Shown one piece after another: positions 28,587-37,290 of a stretch of DNA of 64,000 nt. The DNA is from an uncultured Candidatus Saccharibacteria bacterium (GTDB lineage: Bacteria; Patescibacteriota; Saccharimonadia; Saccharimonadales; AWTP1-31). The notes under the pieces were generated by a model, which was not told the origin of the DNA, did not search any database, and was given only the letters and a program-made list of their open reading frames with translations. Position 1 is the stretch's first letter, and every line of letters starts with the position of its first letter. The stretch lies in NCBI GenBank assembly GCA_964629815.1, contig CAZVTA010000002.1, forward strand, positions 66,096 through 130,095. Reading direction: 5' to 3'. The position numbers and the translations under genes are program-made.

Positions 28587-28994
28587 TTACCCAGCAATTT
28601 TGTTATACAAAGTATACGCAATATACGATACGGTGGTGCTCAGGACTGTTCCCCAGAGCAAATCAATTAGCACTATTTTGAGCGGAAAGCCTTTTAGAGT
28701 TGCATAGTTAGTTAGGTCATAGGTTGCGTATGTTACAAACCCAAAAAATGCTCCGGCAAATAACAGGCTATTCATGTCGCCACTTTTAAGTGTTGGTGCA
28801 ATCACAAAATAGATGAGGCCCGCGATAAAAACCAGATAGAACAAGACTGCTGCACTCCATTTTACATTGTTGGTCATAAGACCTTTCAGTTCTGTTGCAT
28901 ATAAATTCTTTGCAATAAATCCCAGCCATAACGCATCTAGGGCAACGAACGCCCCCGTGGTTATTGCATACAATGTCGCATAATTTATTTTCAT
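28587..28994 (-). CDS. DUF2177-like integral membrane protein
   Basis: Four hydrophobic helices. The pattern DALWLGF...LY and ATYDLTNYATLKGFP resembles DUF2177. Confidence 0.6.
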   Translation of the reverse strand: MKINYATLYAITTGAFVALDALWLGFIAKNLYATELKGLMTNNVKWSAAVLFYLVFIAGLIYFVIAPTLKSGDMNSLLFAGAFFGFVTYATYDLTNYATLKGFPLKIVLIDLLWGTVLSTTVSYIAYTLYNKIAG

Positions 28995-29020
28995 ATACCC
29001 TCCTTAATATTTTTAGTGTA

Positions 29021-29719
29021 CTACGTTTGGTGTAAATATTTTGTTCGTTTTTCCGAACTTAATCGCTCTATCGCATAACGCAGCATCGTACGCGGCATTT
29101 TGTGTGCGTACGTATCTAAAAAGTTACAGAGAACTACCTCATCGCGTTTACCGACTTCTCGCAGCATCCAGCCCGTTGCCTTATGAATATAATGATGCGA
29201 ATCGTGTAGGTTTTGCTTTGCGAGACGCAATGTCCATGCAAAGTCATGGTATTTAATAAATTCTCCGGCTGCCAATATTGCAATCCGACGTTCCCAAATG
29301 TTTGTGCTTTTACTAAGTGATACCAATACACTTCGGTCTTTATCGTATATAAAATTACCAACAATATAACTCGCTGAGGAGTCGACTAAATCCCAGTTAT
29401 TAATCCATTTTGTGTTTCTTAGGTACAGGTCGTAAATTAGCTGCTTTACTGTCTGATCACCAGCCTGATACTGGCGAACCCATATGAGCAGTGCTGTTAA
29501 CCGCTCTTCGTGATAATTTGAATGCAACAACTCTAGGACATCTTGCGGAGTCAAAGCAGTATAGAACTGTTTTACTATTTTTCTTTGGTTAGGAACAATA
29601 ACACCCAAGAAATCATCCGTATCACCTGGCTCAAGCTTGAAAAACTTCGGAAGGAATGCTGCTTTATCTGGATTGCTATATTCGCGCAGCTGTTGCCTTA
29701 TTTCATGTACAACAGACAT
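29021..29719 (-). CDS. DNA alkylation repair protein (AlkD-like HEAT-repeat glycosylase family)
   Basis: NPDKAAFLPKFFK, HEERLTALL, NNWDLVDSSA, WERRIAILA and GWMLREVGKRD match the AlkD/AlkC-type family. Confidence 0.8.
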   Translation of the reverse strand: MSVVHEIRQQLREYSNPDKAAFLPKFFKLEPGDTDDFLGVIVPNQRKIVKQFYTALTPQDVLELLHSNYHEERLTALLIWVRQYQAGDQTVKQLIYDLYLRNTKWINNWDLVDSSASYIVGNFIYDKDRSVLVSLSKSTNIWERRIAILAAGEFIKYHDFAWTLRLAKQNLHDSHHYIHKATGWMLREVGKRDEVVLCNFLDTYAHKMPRTMLRYAIERLSSEKRTKYLHQT

Positions 29720-29724
29720 TGTCT

Positions 29725-31398
29725 CTACATCATTTCTGGCGCTTCAATGCCGAGCAAAGAGAGGCCATCCTTCAATACTGCAGCATAACGATGCACAAGG
29801 TAATATCGCTCTGCTTGTCGATCGTGTCCAACCACCCTGTTTGCTTCATAAAATCGATTGAACGCCTGTGCCAACTCATATAAATACGCACAGATAATGT
29901 GTGGTGCGATGTCATGTATAGCCTTCGAAATTACCTCATCGTATTCAGTAAGCTTTACGGCAAGCACTCGTTCTGCAACATCGAACGAAGCTGGAATGCG
30001 TACCTTCTCTTCTTGTACTTTTGTCAGAATGCTTTGTGCTCTGGCATGCGCGTATTGCAAATACGGGCCACTATTACCTTCTAGCGCAACCGAATCATTT
30101 GGGTCATATATAATATCACCCCCGATACGGTTTTTTGCAAAAGCATACTTTATCGCAGCCAAAACAGTACTCTCATTAGTATTTTTTTCCAGGCTTTTGG
30201 CCGCCATCCTCGCCGCATCGATAATATCAAGCGCCGACACTACATTACCTTTTCGTGAGCTCATCTTTACTCCACCGGCTAACTTCACTACCCCATGCGT
30301 TATGTGTCTTGTTCGCCGAACAAGTTCTGGTTCGAATTCGGATACGCTGGCGAGCACCACCTGCATATATTGGTCTTGTTCGTTAGCCGTAACAATTATT
30401 GAGCCATCGTAAGCGTAATCATTCCACTTGGCTTGAATAAGGCCAACCTCTTTTGCCTCATAGGTAGGCAAGCCTTCCGAGTTAATGAATACTCTGGTAT
30501 GAAGGCCTTTTTGCTCGCCATCATAGATGACAGCACCCTGGCTTTTTGTATATACACCTTTCTGAAGCTGCTGCTCGATCGTCATAACGCCAAGCTGCGT
30601 TACTTCGCTCTCTGGAATAAATCGATCAAAAGGATCAACCTGAAGCTGCTCATACAATGTCTTAAAATACGCATAGCTCCATTCTCGACACTGCCAATAA
30701 ATTTTGGCAAAGGCCGAGCTTTTATCCCCGTCAACATGCAAGGCGTACACTTTTTTGTTATACGCAATTATTTCTTCTTTGCTTGTTACACTGTCTTCAT
30801 ATGCAGTATTGCCTTCAACATATCGCTTCCCGAGCCAATCCGCCCGCTTTGTCTTAGGAATATCCTGTAGTTTATCTGGGTATTCGCCGCCGAACTCACG
30901 CACTATTGCCCACATAGTTTTGGCAACATGCAAACCAACATCACCACCATAGTTTATGCGCACAACTTTTGCCCCGCTCCTTTCCACGAGACGAGCGATA
31001 GTATTTCCAACAAGCGTTGTATATAAATGGCCTGCATGAAGCGGCTTAAACGGATTTGGATCCGAATATTCAACCAACACCACTTTGCCTGCTTCGGAGG
31101 CTTGGGTAGTTTGTTTCTGTAACCGCTCGATGAGCCATGTATCACGCATGCGAATATTAATAAAACCCGGCCCCGCCACAGAAACATCTGCAACATCTTG
31201 TACACATGCATCTTTTATTTTTAACGCCAACGTATCTGCAATTTCTCTTGGATTTTTCCCAAGATTTTTTGCAAGCTGCAAGGAAATATTAGTCGCAAAG
31301 TCGCCAAACTGAGGGTCGGTACGAACAACATCAACGTTTGCTTTGACAACAAACACATCATGGACGACTTTCTCTATGCATTTCTGTAAATTAATCAT
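29725..31398 (-). CDS. argS: arginine--tRNA ligase
   Basis: Class I HIGH variant (PLHAGHLYTTLVGN) and an MSSRKGNVV (KMSKS-like) motif. C-terminal anticodon-binding DALR-type region. Confidence 0.93.
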   Translation of the reverse strand: MINLQKCIEKVVHDVFVVKANVDVVRTDPQFGDFATNISLQLAKNLGKNPREIADTLALKIKDACVQDVADVSVAGPGFINIRMRDTWLIERLQKQTTQASEAGKVVLVEYSDPNPFKPLHAGHLYTTLVGNTIARLVERSGAKVVRINYGGDVGLHVAKTMWAIVREFGGEYPDKLQDIPKTKRADWLGKRYVEGNTAYEDSVTSKEEIIAYNKKVYALHVDGDKSSAFAKIYWQCREWSYAYFKTLYEQLQVDPFDRFIPESEVTQLGVMTIEQQLQKGVYTKSQGAVIYDGEQKGLHTRVFINSEGLPTYEAKEVGLIQAKWNDYAYDGSIIVTANEQDQYMQVVLASVSEFEPELVRRTRHITHGVVKLAGGVKMSSRKGNVVSALDIIDAARMAAKSLEKNTNESTVLAAIKYAFAKNRIGGDIIYDPNDSVALEGNSGPYLQYAHARAQSILTKVQEEKVRIPASFDVAERVLAVKLTEYDEVISKAIHDIAPHIICAYLYELAQAFNRFYEANRVVGHDRQAERYYLVHRYAAVLKDGLSLLGIEAPEMM

Positions 31399-31419
31399 CA
31401 GAGGTAATTGTACCGTTTT

Positions 31420-32112
31420 TTATCTGTTATGGCCAGGCTTTGATGGGCGCACAGTATAGGCGCGCATGGTCGCCCAAAACAAGCCATAGCTTGTGGAAAT
31501 AATTGCAGCGAAAAGCAGTGTGGTTGCATACGTTTGTTGATGCGCAGAAGGGTTAATAAACCGTTCAGACACGTCATACACCAGACCAACGGGATTTGTC
31601 ACAATATCCCACGAGTTCCATCGAAGAAAACGTCCTAAGTAAATTGCATAACCAGATAGCAGGATACATATTGCGAGTGCAACATCGGCATACTTTGTTT
31701 TCACTGTTCTGCGCAAAAGCATATGAAACTCGTACAAACTCACGCAGCCAATCCAAAATCCGCTCAACGTAAACTGCAGAAGCATTGCCATATCAAAAAA
31801 AAGTGTTCGGTCAGATGCATCTTGAAGGTGAATTAAATCGGTTGCTATATAAAAGGTGTTAGGCAAAAAACCTACAAACAATACCGCAAGAAGAACCGCT
31901 ACAAGCGTTTTAGTGCCCTGACGACTTGCATATTCTTTCAGTAAATATACCAATACCAACGGTATCCACGCTAAAAACAAATTCCAATTGAGATACCAGT
32001 AGTTCAACGAGTCAAACACGAAAGATCGAACAACAAACAAGATCGTGCCAAGCATACTAGAAGCGAGCAAAATCCCCACCACACGCTTATTTATCATGTC
32101 ACTATTATACAC
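31420..32112 (-). CDS. DUF1361-like integral membrane protein
   Basis: NLFLAWIP, FLPNTFYIATDLIHL and YLGRFLRWNSWD fit the DUF1361 signature. Confidence 0.65.
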   Translation of the reverse strand: MYNSDMINKRVVGILLASSMLGTILFVVRSFVFDSLNYWYLNWNLFLAWIPLVLVYLLKEYASRQGTKTLVAVLLAVLFVGFLPNTFYIATDLIHLQDASDRTLFFDMAMLLQFTLSGFWIGCVSLYEFHMLLRRTVKTKYADVALAICILLSGYAIYLGRFLRWNSWDIVTNPVGLVYDVSERFINPSAHQQTYATTLLFAAIISTSYGLFWATMRAYTVRPSKPGHNR

Positions 32113-32147
32113 TGGCTGCTCACCTACTTGGGTTATACTAATACATA

Positions 32148-32783
32148 ATGAAATACCTAGAGCGGCTCATCGACTCAATTCGCAAGCCAATTAAGCGAGG
32201 GCTGGAGCTTATTGCTCGACTACTACACACCGTATCGCGCGGCAAAATCTCGCCAAACGCACTTACGTTCATCGGACTTGCTATGCATGTTCCTATAGCC
32301 ATACTCATCGCAAGCAACCAACACCGCATACTAGCAGCTATTTTGCTTGTCATATTTGGGCTCTTTGATAGTCTGGATGGATCTTTGGCGCGACTACAAA
32401 ATAAAGCAAGTAACGCCGGTATGTTACTCGACGCATCAACGGATCGTATCAAAGAAGTACTACTGTACACAGGTGTTGCTTTTGCATTTTCTCGGTCGCA
32501 TCTGACATATCACACACCATGGATTGTCGCAGCCGTTGGTGTATCAATAATTGTAAGTTACATCAAAGCCAAGGGTGAAATGGCAGCCAAGAACTCTCCA
32601 CTCACACCAAACGAGCTGAACCGACTATTTCAAGATGGCATTATGCGCTTTGAGGTGCGCATGGCGATATTAGTACTTGGACTGCTCACCAACCAACTAC
32701 TTGCCGCCATTATTGTCATTACTATTGGTGGATCAATTACCATGATTGAGCGACTCATTCTCATTACCAACAAACTACGCTAA
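32148..32783 (+). CDS. CDP-alcohol phosphatidyltransferase family protein
   Basis: Perfect DX2DGX2ARX8GX3DX3D motif (FDSLDGSLARLQNKASNAGMLLDASTD). Multi-pass membrane protein. Confidence 0.88.
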   Translation: MKYLERLIDSIRKPIKRGLELIARLLHTVSRGKISPNALTFIGLAMHVPIAILIASNQHRILAAILLVIFGLFDSLDGSLARLQNKASNAGMLLDASTDRIKEVLLYTGVAFAFSRSHLTYHTPWIVAAVGVSIIVSYIKAKGEMAAKNSPLTPNELNRLFQDGIMRFEVRMAILVLGLLTNQLLAAIIVITIGGSITMIERLILITNKLR

Positions 32784-33433
32784 TGTATAAAATCGATCTT
32801 CACACCCACTCATCCGCATCGCCAGATGGAGGCATACCAGACGAATCATACCGCATGCTTATTGAAAGCAAGATACTCGACTATATCGCCGTAACAGACC
32901 ACAACCGCATCGATACCGCATTACGTTTACAGCAACAAATCGGTAAACAGATTATTGTGGGCGAAGAAATTATGTGTGCAGAAGGCGAGCTGATTGGTCT
33001 ATTTCTTAAAAAACCAATCAAAGCCGGCATGTCTGTGCAGGCGGCTGCAGCAGCCATAAAAGCGCAAGGCGGGCTTGTCTACGTACCACATCCGTTCGAA
33101 ACAGTTCGGAGCGGTATCAGCTCGTCGGTACTCGAATCCATAAAAGAGATGGTTGATATTATCGAAATTAACAATGGCCGCGCGCTTTTTCAAAACAAAG
33201 GCCCCACTGCAGTCGTATGGTCACGGCTTAATCACATCCCTGGAGCAAGTAGCAGTGACGCTCACGGCAAACACGGTATCGGCACATCCTACAGCATCAT
33301 TGCCGACAGACCAACAGCAGCAAATCTTGGCCACCAATTATCGCAAGCAAAACATCACGCCGAACGACCACCATTTTACAGTTTGCTGTATCCAAAATAT
33401 AATCGATTACGTAAGATGCTAAGGCTTTCATGA
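32783..33433 (+). CDS. PHP-domain metal-dependent phosphoesterase
   Basis: IDLHTHSSASPDG, IAVTDHN, VYVPHP and SSDAHG are PHP histidine/aspartate motifs. The start overlaps the upstream stop (TAATG). Confidence 0.8.
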   Translation: MYKIDLHTHSSASPDGGIPDESYRMLIESKILDYIAVTDHNRIDTALRLQQQIGKQIIVGEEIMCAEGELIGLFLKKPIKAGMSVQAAAAAIKAQGGLVYVPHPFETVRSGISSSVLESIKEMVDIIEINNGRALFQNKGPTAVVWSRLNHIPGASSSDAHGKHGIGTSYSIIADRPTAANLGHQLSQAKHHAERPPFYSLLYPKYNRLRKMLRLS

Positions 33434-33981
33434 ATACACTTATTTTTGCACTACTTTTTTTCCTGCCCGCTGGCATAGCTAACGCAGCACCGGTGTTTGC
33501 AAATAAAATTCCGCTGCTTAATCGGTGGAAGACTCCCATTGACCTTGGCCAATCCTATCGTGGCAGGCGTATCTTGGGCCCAAACAAAAGTATGCGCGGG
33601 TTGGTTTTTGGGACGTTAATGGGCGGCGTGAGTGCTTCGCTTATTGTTGTTGCCTTTCCGGGCTATGGCTTCGTAAGCACAGACATCGTACCCTTCGTAC
33701 CAATCGCCGAAAGTTTTTTGTTCGGCACAATGATCGGCTTTGGTGCATTATGGGGGGACGCAGTCGAAAGTTTTTTCAAACGCCAAAAAGGTGTAGCATC
33801 GGGAGAAAGCTGGTTTCCTTTTGACCAGATTGATTATATACTCGGCGGGCTACTGTTTAGTCTGCCCTTTACGCAACTTGCCCTTCGGACGTACCTAACC
33901 ATCTTTTTATTATTTTTTGGATTACACCTGGTGTCGAGCTACATTGGTTTTTTGCTCAAGCTCAAAGAAAAGCCTATTTAG
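33430..33981 (+). CDS. CDP-archaeol synthase (CarS/DUF46)-like membrane protein
   Basis: Full-length similarity by eye to archaeal CarS: FFLPAGIANAAPV, TPIDLG, RILGPNKSMRG, FGALWGDAVESFFKRQKG and C-terminal LKLKEKPI. ATGA overlap with the PHP gene. Confidence 0.75.
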   Translation: MNTLIFALLFFLPAGIANAAPVFANKIPLLNRWKTPIDLGQSYRGRRILGPNKSMRGLVFGTLMGGVSASLIVVAFPGYGFVSTDIVPFVPIAESFLFGTMIGFGALWGDAVESFFKRQKGVASGESWFPFDQIDYILGGLLFSLPFTQLALRTYLTIFLLFFGLHLVSSYIGFLLKLKEKPI

Positions 33982-34417
33982 TTTTTGCCAATTTAGCACG
34001 TTGAATATAGCGCTCCATTGGTACCGCTGCCACATAGCGAGCGACGACATCAAGTGGCAAGTCATCGAGCTTTTTAAATCGAACACAGCTTTTACCCATA
34101 TCGAGTTTTTTGCCTGTCGCTTTATACTCTGCGATAAACGTGTCCTTCAGTGATTCGTCAGCATATACACACATAAGGTACAACGCCATGTAGTTTTTTT
34201 GATTTGCTAAAGCTACATACGATAATGGCTGTTTATTGTATGTGTCTGGGTACACACTAAGCGGAACCTGATACACAATCATACCCCAGTTCATCGCCTC
34301 CTCGTAACCTGTAGGCAAGCTTTTTAGAATTACCGACCGAACTGCTTGTATGGCCGACCTTCTGTCATCGGGTAGCGCGGCAATATACTGCTCTACCGTC
34401 TGCACGTCCGACTTCAT
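33974..34417 (-). CDS. DUF1801 (YdhG-like) domain protein
   Basis: VEQYIAALPDDRRSAIQAVRSVI...MGKSCVRFKKLDDLPLD follows the DUF1801 pattern. Confidence 0.65.
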   Translation of the reverse strand: MKSDVQTVEQYIAALPDDRRSAIQAVRSVILKSLPTGYEEAMNWGMIVYQVPLSVYPDTYNKQPLSYVALANQKNYMALYLMCVYADESLKDTFIAEYKATGKKLDMGKSCVRFKKLDDLPLDVVARYVAAVPMERYIQRAKLAKTK

Positions 34418-35442
34418 GCTAATTCAGCTTTAAGTTTTTCGACCAGATCAACTGGTGTTGGATTCACACCATTAAGCAGCGCTAGATAAATGCTGATAAA
34501 GTCGTTGTGAATTGTTGTCCAAATAAGTTGTTCGAGCACTGTCTCTCCTTCGGGTCGAATCACAATAGGCGCTGGGCGCTTACCCGACAATAACTTTTCG
34601 CTGACTTCAAAACGACGCTGCACACGGTCGTGCTCTAGATCTGAACGAATCTCTACGATAGCAAATGGTTTTTGCGTTGGGTGACTACTCCATCCAATAA
34701 ACTCATTGTGGTTGAATTCTGGATATTGGTTTACCCAGGCAAGATTTTTTGCGTTCTCGTTCAAGCAAATCTTAAACTTGTTCGCAACGGGAAACATTTT
34801 CGGTCCACTATACACAATCGCCGTCTTGCCCATTAGCTCGAGCGCTATTTGCTTTGGTGCATTGGCATGCACTGGCACCTCTGCTGTCCACGCCGTAACT
34901 TTATCTTTTACCCATCTGGCGACCGTAGGCAACATTGCTTTACTACCCTTCTCTACTAAACCAAGTGGCTCAAGCATTTCAACGAATGCTACCAAAAAAT
35001 ACAAAGAGGTCATACGCGGCTGAATACCCCCAGGAATAACAAACAGTGGGTACTTCTTTTCTTTGGCTCTTTCGAGCAGTTTTCCGCCAGCAGATATTAC
35101 TACAATTTGAGCACCACGCTCTTCGGCAGCAGCAAGCGCAGAGAGTGACTCTTCGGTATTGCCAGAATAACTCGATGCAATAAATAATGTATTCTTATCG
35201 ACATAGTTTGGAATATCGTAATTACGAGATATTTCAAAAGGAACCGTAAGCCCTGGCCAAGACTGTAAAAACACTCCTGGTAAAGCCGAACCGCCCATAC
35301 CCGACAGTACAACATTGGCAATCTTTTGCTTTACCGTAAATTTTACCCCAAAGCTATATTCAAGCTGTTGCCACTGTTTTTCTATAACACCCAGAGCGTC
35401 TTGTGGATCTTTTTGGTGTATAAATTTCAAATCGTCGAGCAT
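34414..35442 (-). CDS. bifunctional phosphoglucose/phosphomannose isomerase (SIS domain)
   Basis: VVLSGMGGSALPG, ASSYSGNTEE and ISAGGKL, in a PGI/PMI-type layout. The start was set to the ATG at 35442, which follows AGGAGA. Confidence 0.8.
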   Translation of the reverse strand: MLDDLKFIHQKDPQDALGVIEKQWQQLEYSFGVKFTVKQKIANVVLSGMGGSALPGVFLQSWPGLTVPFEISRNYDIPNYVDKNTLFIASSYSGNTEESLSALAAAEERGAQIVVISAGGKLLERAKEKKYPLFVIPGGIQPRMTSLYFLVAFVEMLEPLGLVEKGSKAMLPTVARWVKDKVTAWTAEVPVHANAPKQIALELMGKTAIVYSGPKMFPVANKFKICLNENAKNLAWVNQYPEFNHNEFIGWSSHPTQKPFAIVEIRSDLEHDRVQRRFEVSEKLLSGKRPAPIVIRPEGETVLEQLIWTTIHNDFISIYLALLNGVNPTPVDLVEKLKAELA

Positions 35443-35548
35443 GATTTCTCCTGTTTTATACGTATTAGTAGTATAGCGCACTAAAGGCTGCTTGGCGCTG
35501 TTGTTACAGTATGGTATAGTGCTTATGAATAGAGTTTAATATCTAGGG

Positions 35549-36121
35549 GTGGACATGTTTGACGACGCTACACAAACCAACAATGATCAATCAGCTCAAC
35601 CTGTACTAAGTGCTCCTGCTGTTGTGCCAGATGCACCCGCAGCAGCACCTACACTACCGAGTACGAATGACCCAGTAAGCGCACCTGCAGAGCCCGCTAT
35701 CGTACCTGATCCTACGATGTCGAGCGCCCCAATTGCACCTGAACCTACTACCGATATATCCGAGCCAAGCATGCCGAGCGAGCCTACCTTTAATACCACT
35801 CCCGTAGCAGCAGATCTACCCAATACCGATGCAAACGAAATGCCTTCCTTAGAAAATACGACTCCCAGCGGCGACCTTATGGATATCAAAAAACAAGCCT
35901 TGCAGAGCCTTGCGCCTCTTGTCGGCAAGCTAGACCAGTCGCCAGAAGAAAAATTCCGCACCACAATGATGATGATTCAAGCCAGCGACGACCAATCCAT
36001 GCTTAAAGACGCCTTTGAAGCGGCGCAGAATATTAGCGACGACAAAATGCGCGCTCAAGCACTACTCGATGTTATTAACGAAGTTAACTACTTCACCCAG
36101 AAGAATAAAACCGTCAATTAA
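35549..36121 (+). CDS. hypothetical protein, Pro/Ala-rich N-terminus with helical C-terminal domain
   Basis: 190-aa ORF. GTG at 35549 or ATG at 35555. No motif recognised. Confidence 0.55.
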   Translation: MDMFDDATQTNNDQSAQPVLSAPAVVPDAPAAAPTLPSTNDPVSAPAEPAIVPDPTMSSAPIAPEPTTDISEPSMPSEPTFNTTPVAADLPNTDANEMPSLENTTPSGDLMDIKKQALQSLAPLVGKLDQSPEEKFRTTMMMIQASDDQSMLKDAFEAAQNISDDKMRAQALLDVINEVNYFTQKNKTVN

Positions 36122-36546
36122 AGATCTAGATCTGGTCCGGTACGAACAAGGTTCGGTTGACTCGGGTTGTTTGCAGTAGACGAAGAGCTATTCGCGTTAT
36201 TGCTATTCGCACTGCCAGCACCGTTATTGTTCGCATTACGATCAGTGGGATCGGTCTGTTTGGTAGTATCACCTGGCAACTCAGTTGGCTTTTGCTCGTT
36301 TGTGTTTTTGTTATCGGTTTGAACCGTAGTTGGCTGTTTTTTGTCGCCTTGGGTGATCTTGCGCCAAGCCCATCGGCCGCCAAAGAAAATACCCAAAAGC
36401 ACAATTACCGATATAAGGAGCGACAGAAACGCAATGAGCCAAGCAACACCCATACGCTCGCGCTGTTCGGCACGATAATATTCCTGCACTTCTGCTGGTA
36501 CGGGTCGTTCAGATCGTTTTTGTCGTCGTAAAGGCCAACCTGCCAT
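36118..36546 (-). CDS. hypothetical N-terminally anchored protein with N/T/S-rich tail
   Basis: A basic head, then TM VAWLIAFLSLLISVIVLLGIFF, then a low-complexity ectodomain. Confidence 0.55.
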   Translation of the reverse strand: MAGWPLRRQKRSERPVPAEVQEYYRAEQRERMGVAWLIAFLSLLISVIVLLGIFFGGRWAWRKITQGDKKQPTTVQTDNKNTNEQKPTELPGDTTKQTDPTDRNANNNGAGSANSNNANSSSSTANNPSQPNLVRTGPDLDL

Positions 36547-36605
36547 AACAAACTCCGGTTAGTTAAAAACTATTATACCGTATTGTAGAATTATTAGCAA
36601 TTTTG

Positions 36606-37202
36606 TTAGAAATCTTCGTCGAAGCGAACTTCGTCTGCACGCTCGCCTGAAAGACGACTCAAATTTTCACTATGTTCATACAGACTCACAAGATCCGCAA
36701 CAGTAGGTATACGATCATCCGGCTCGCCAACTTTTGCTGCATACTCGCGTATACCGTCTTGCAGTGTAGTTACTACTAGTCTTTCATCCATCAGGCTCGT
36801 ATCATCGTCGGGCAATTTATCATACTGCATATCGTCTGCACGCATTGCTCGAAAATCCATTTCTAGTTTGTGATTGTTCGTCGTAGTAACAAGCAGTGTT
36901 ACATGAGCAAATTTTCTTTTCGGACCGCCCACATGCCCCGTGTTTTCCATTTCACCATGATCACGCGCAAAAACAACAGAAAGGTCTTGTTCATCTACTA
37001 CACCTCTTGATAGCATGCCAGCTGCAACAAACTGCAATTCTGCCATGCAGCTCGCCGAATGTTCTTTCAGCGAATCCTCAAGAGACCACTTGCTTTTGTC
37101 GTAACCTGGAGCAAGAGCAATAAACTTTTGGTGATCACTGCGAGCTGAGGCAAAAACTGCTTCTTCGGGAGATATGGCTTCTTTGTGCTCTATGCTGTCC
37201 AT
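36606..37202 (-). CDS. hypothetical acidic protein
   Basis: 198-aa ORF downstream of groEL and its terminator. No motif recognised. Confidence 0.55.
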   Translation of the reverse strand: MDSIEHKEAISPEEAVFASARSDHQKFIALAPGYDKSKWSLEDSLKEHSASCMAELQFVAAGMLSRGVVDEQDLSVVFARDHGEMENTGHVGGPKRKFAHVTLLVTTTNNHKLEMDFRAMRADDMQYDKLPDDDTSLMDERLVVTTLQDGIREYAAKVGEPDDRIPTVADLVSLYEHSENLSRLSGERADEVRFDEDF

Positions 37203-37234
37203 ATCTGTAAAGTATCACACCTGAGCATATTGGT

Positions 37235-37263
37235 AAATAAAGAGAGCCACTACCGTGGCTCTC
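37235..37263 (-). terminator. intrinsic terminator after groEL
   Basis: On the minus strand, GAGAGCCAC-GGTA-GTGGCTCTC (9-bp stem) is followed by TTTATTT. It lies 28 nt past the groEL stop. Confidence 0.6.
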
Positions 37264-37290
37264 ATACGTGCTCGGACCAAGCCGTAAACA

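Noticed and set aside
32138-32470. 110-aa minus-strand ORF opposite the CDP-alcohol phosphatidyltransferase gene. The ORF at 46538..46909 opposite tsaD is similar.
   Set aside because: The plus-strand genes carry perfect family signatures, so the antisense frames are shadows.
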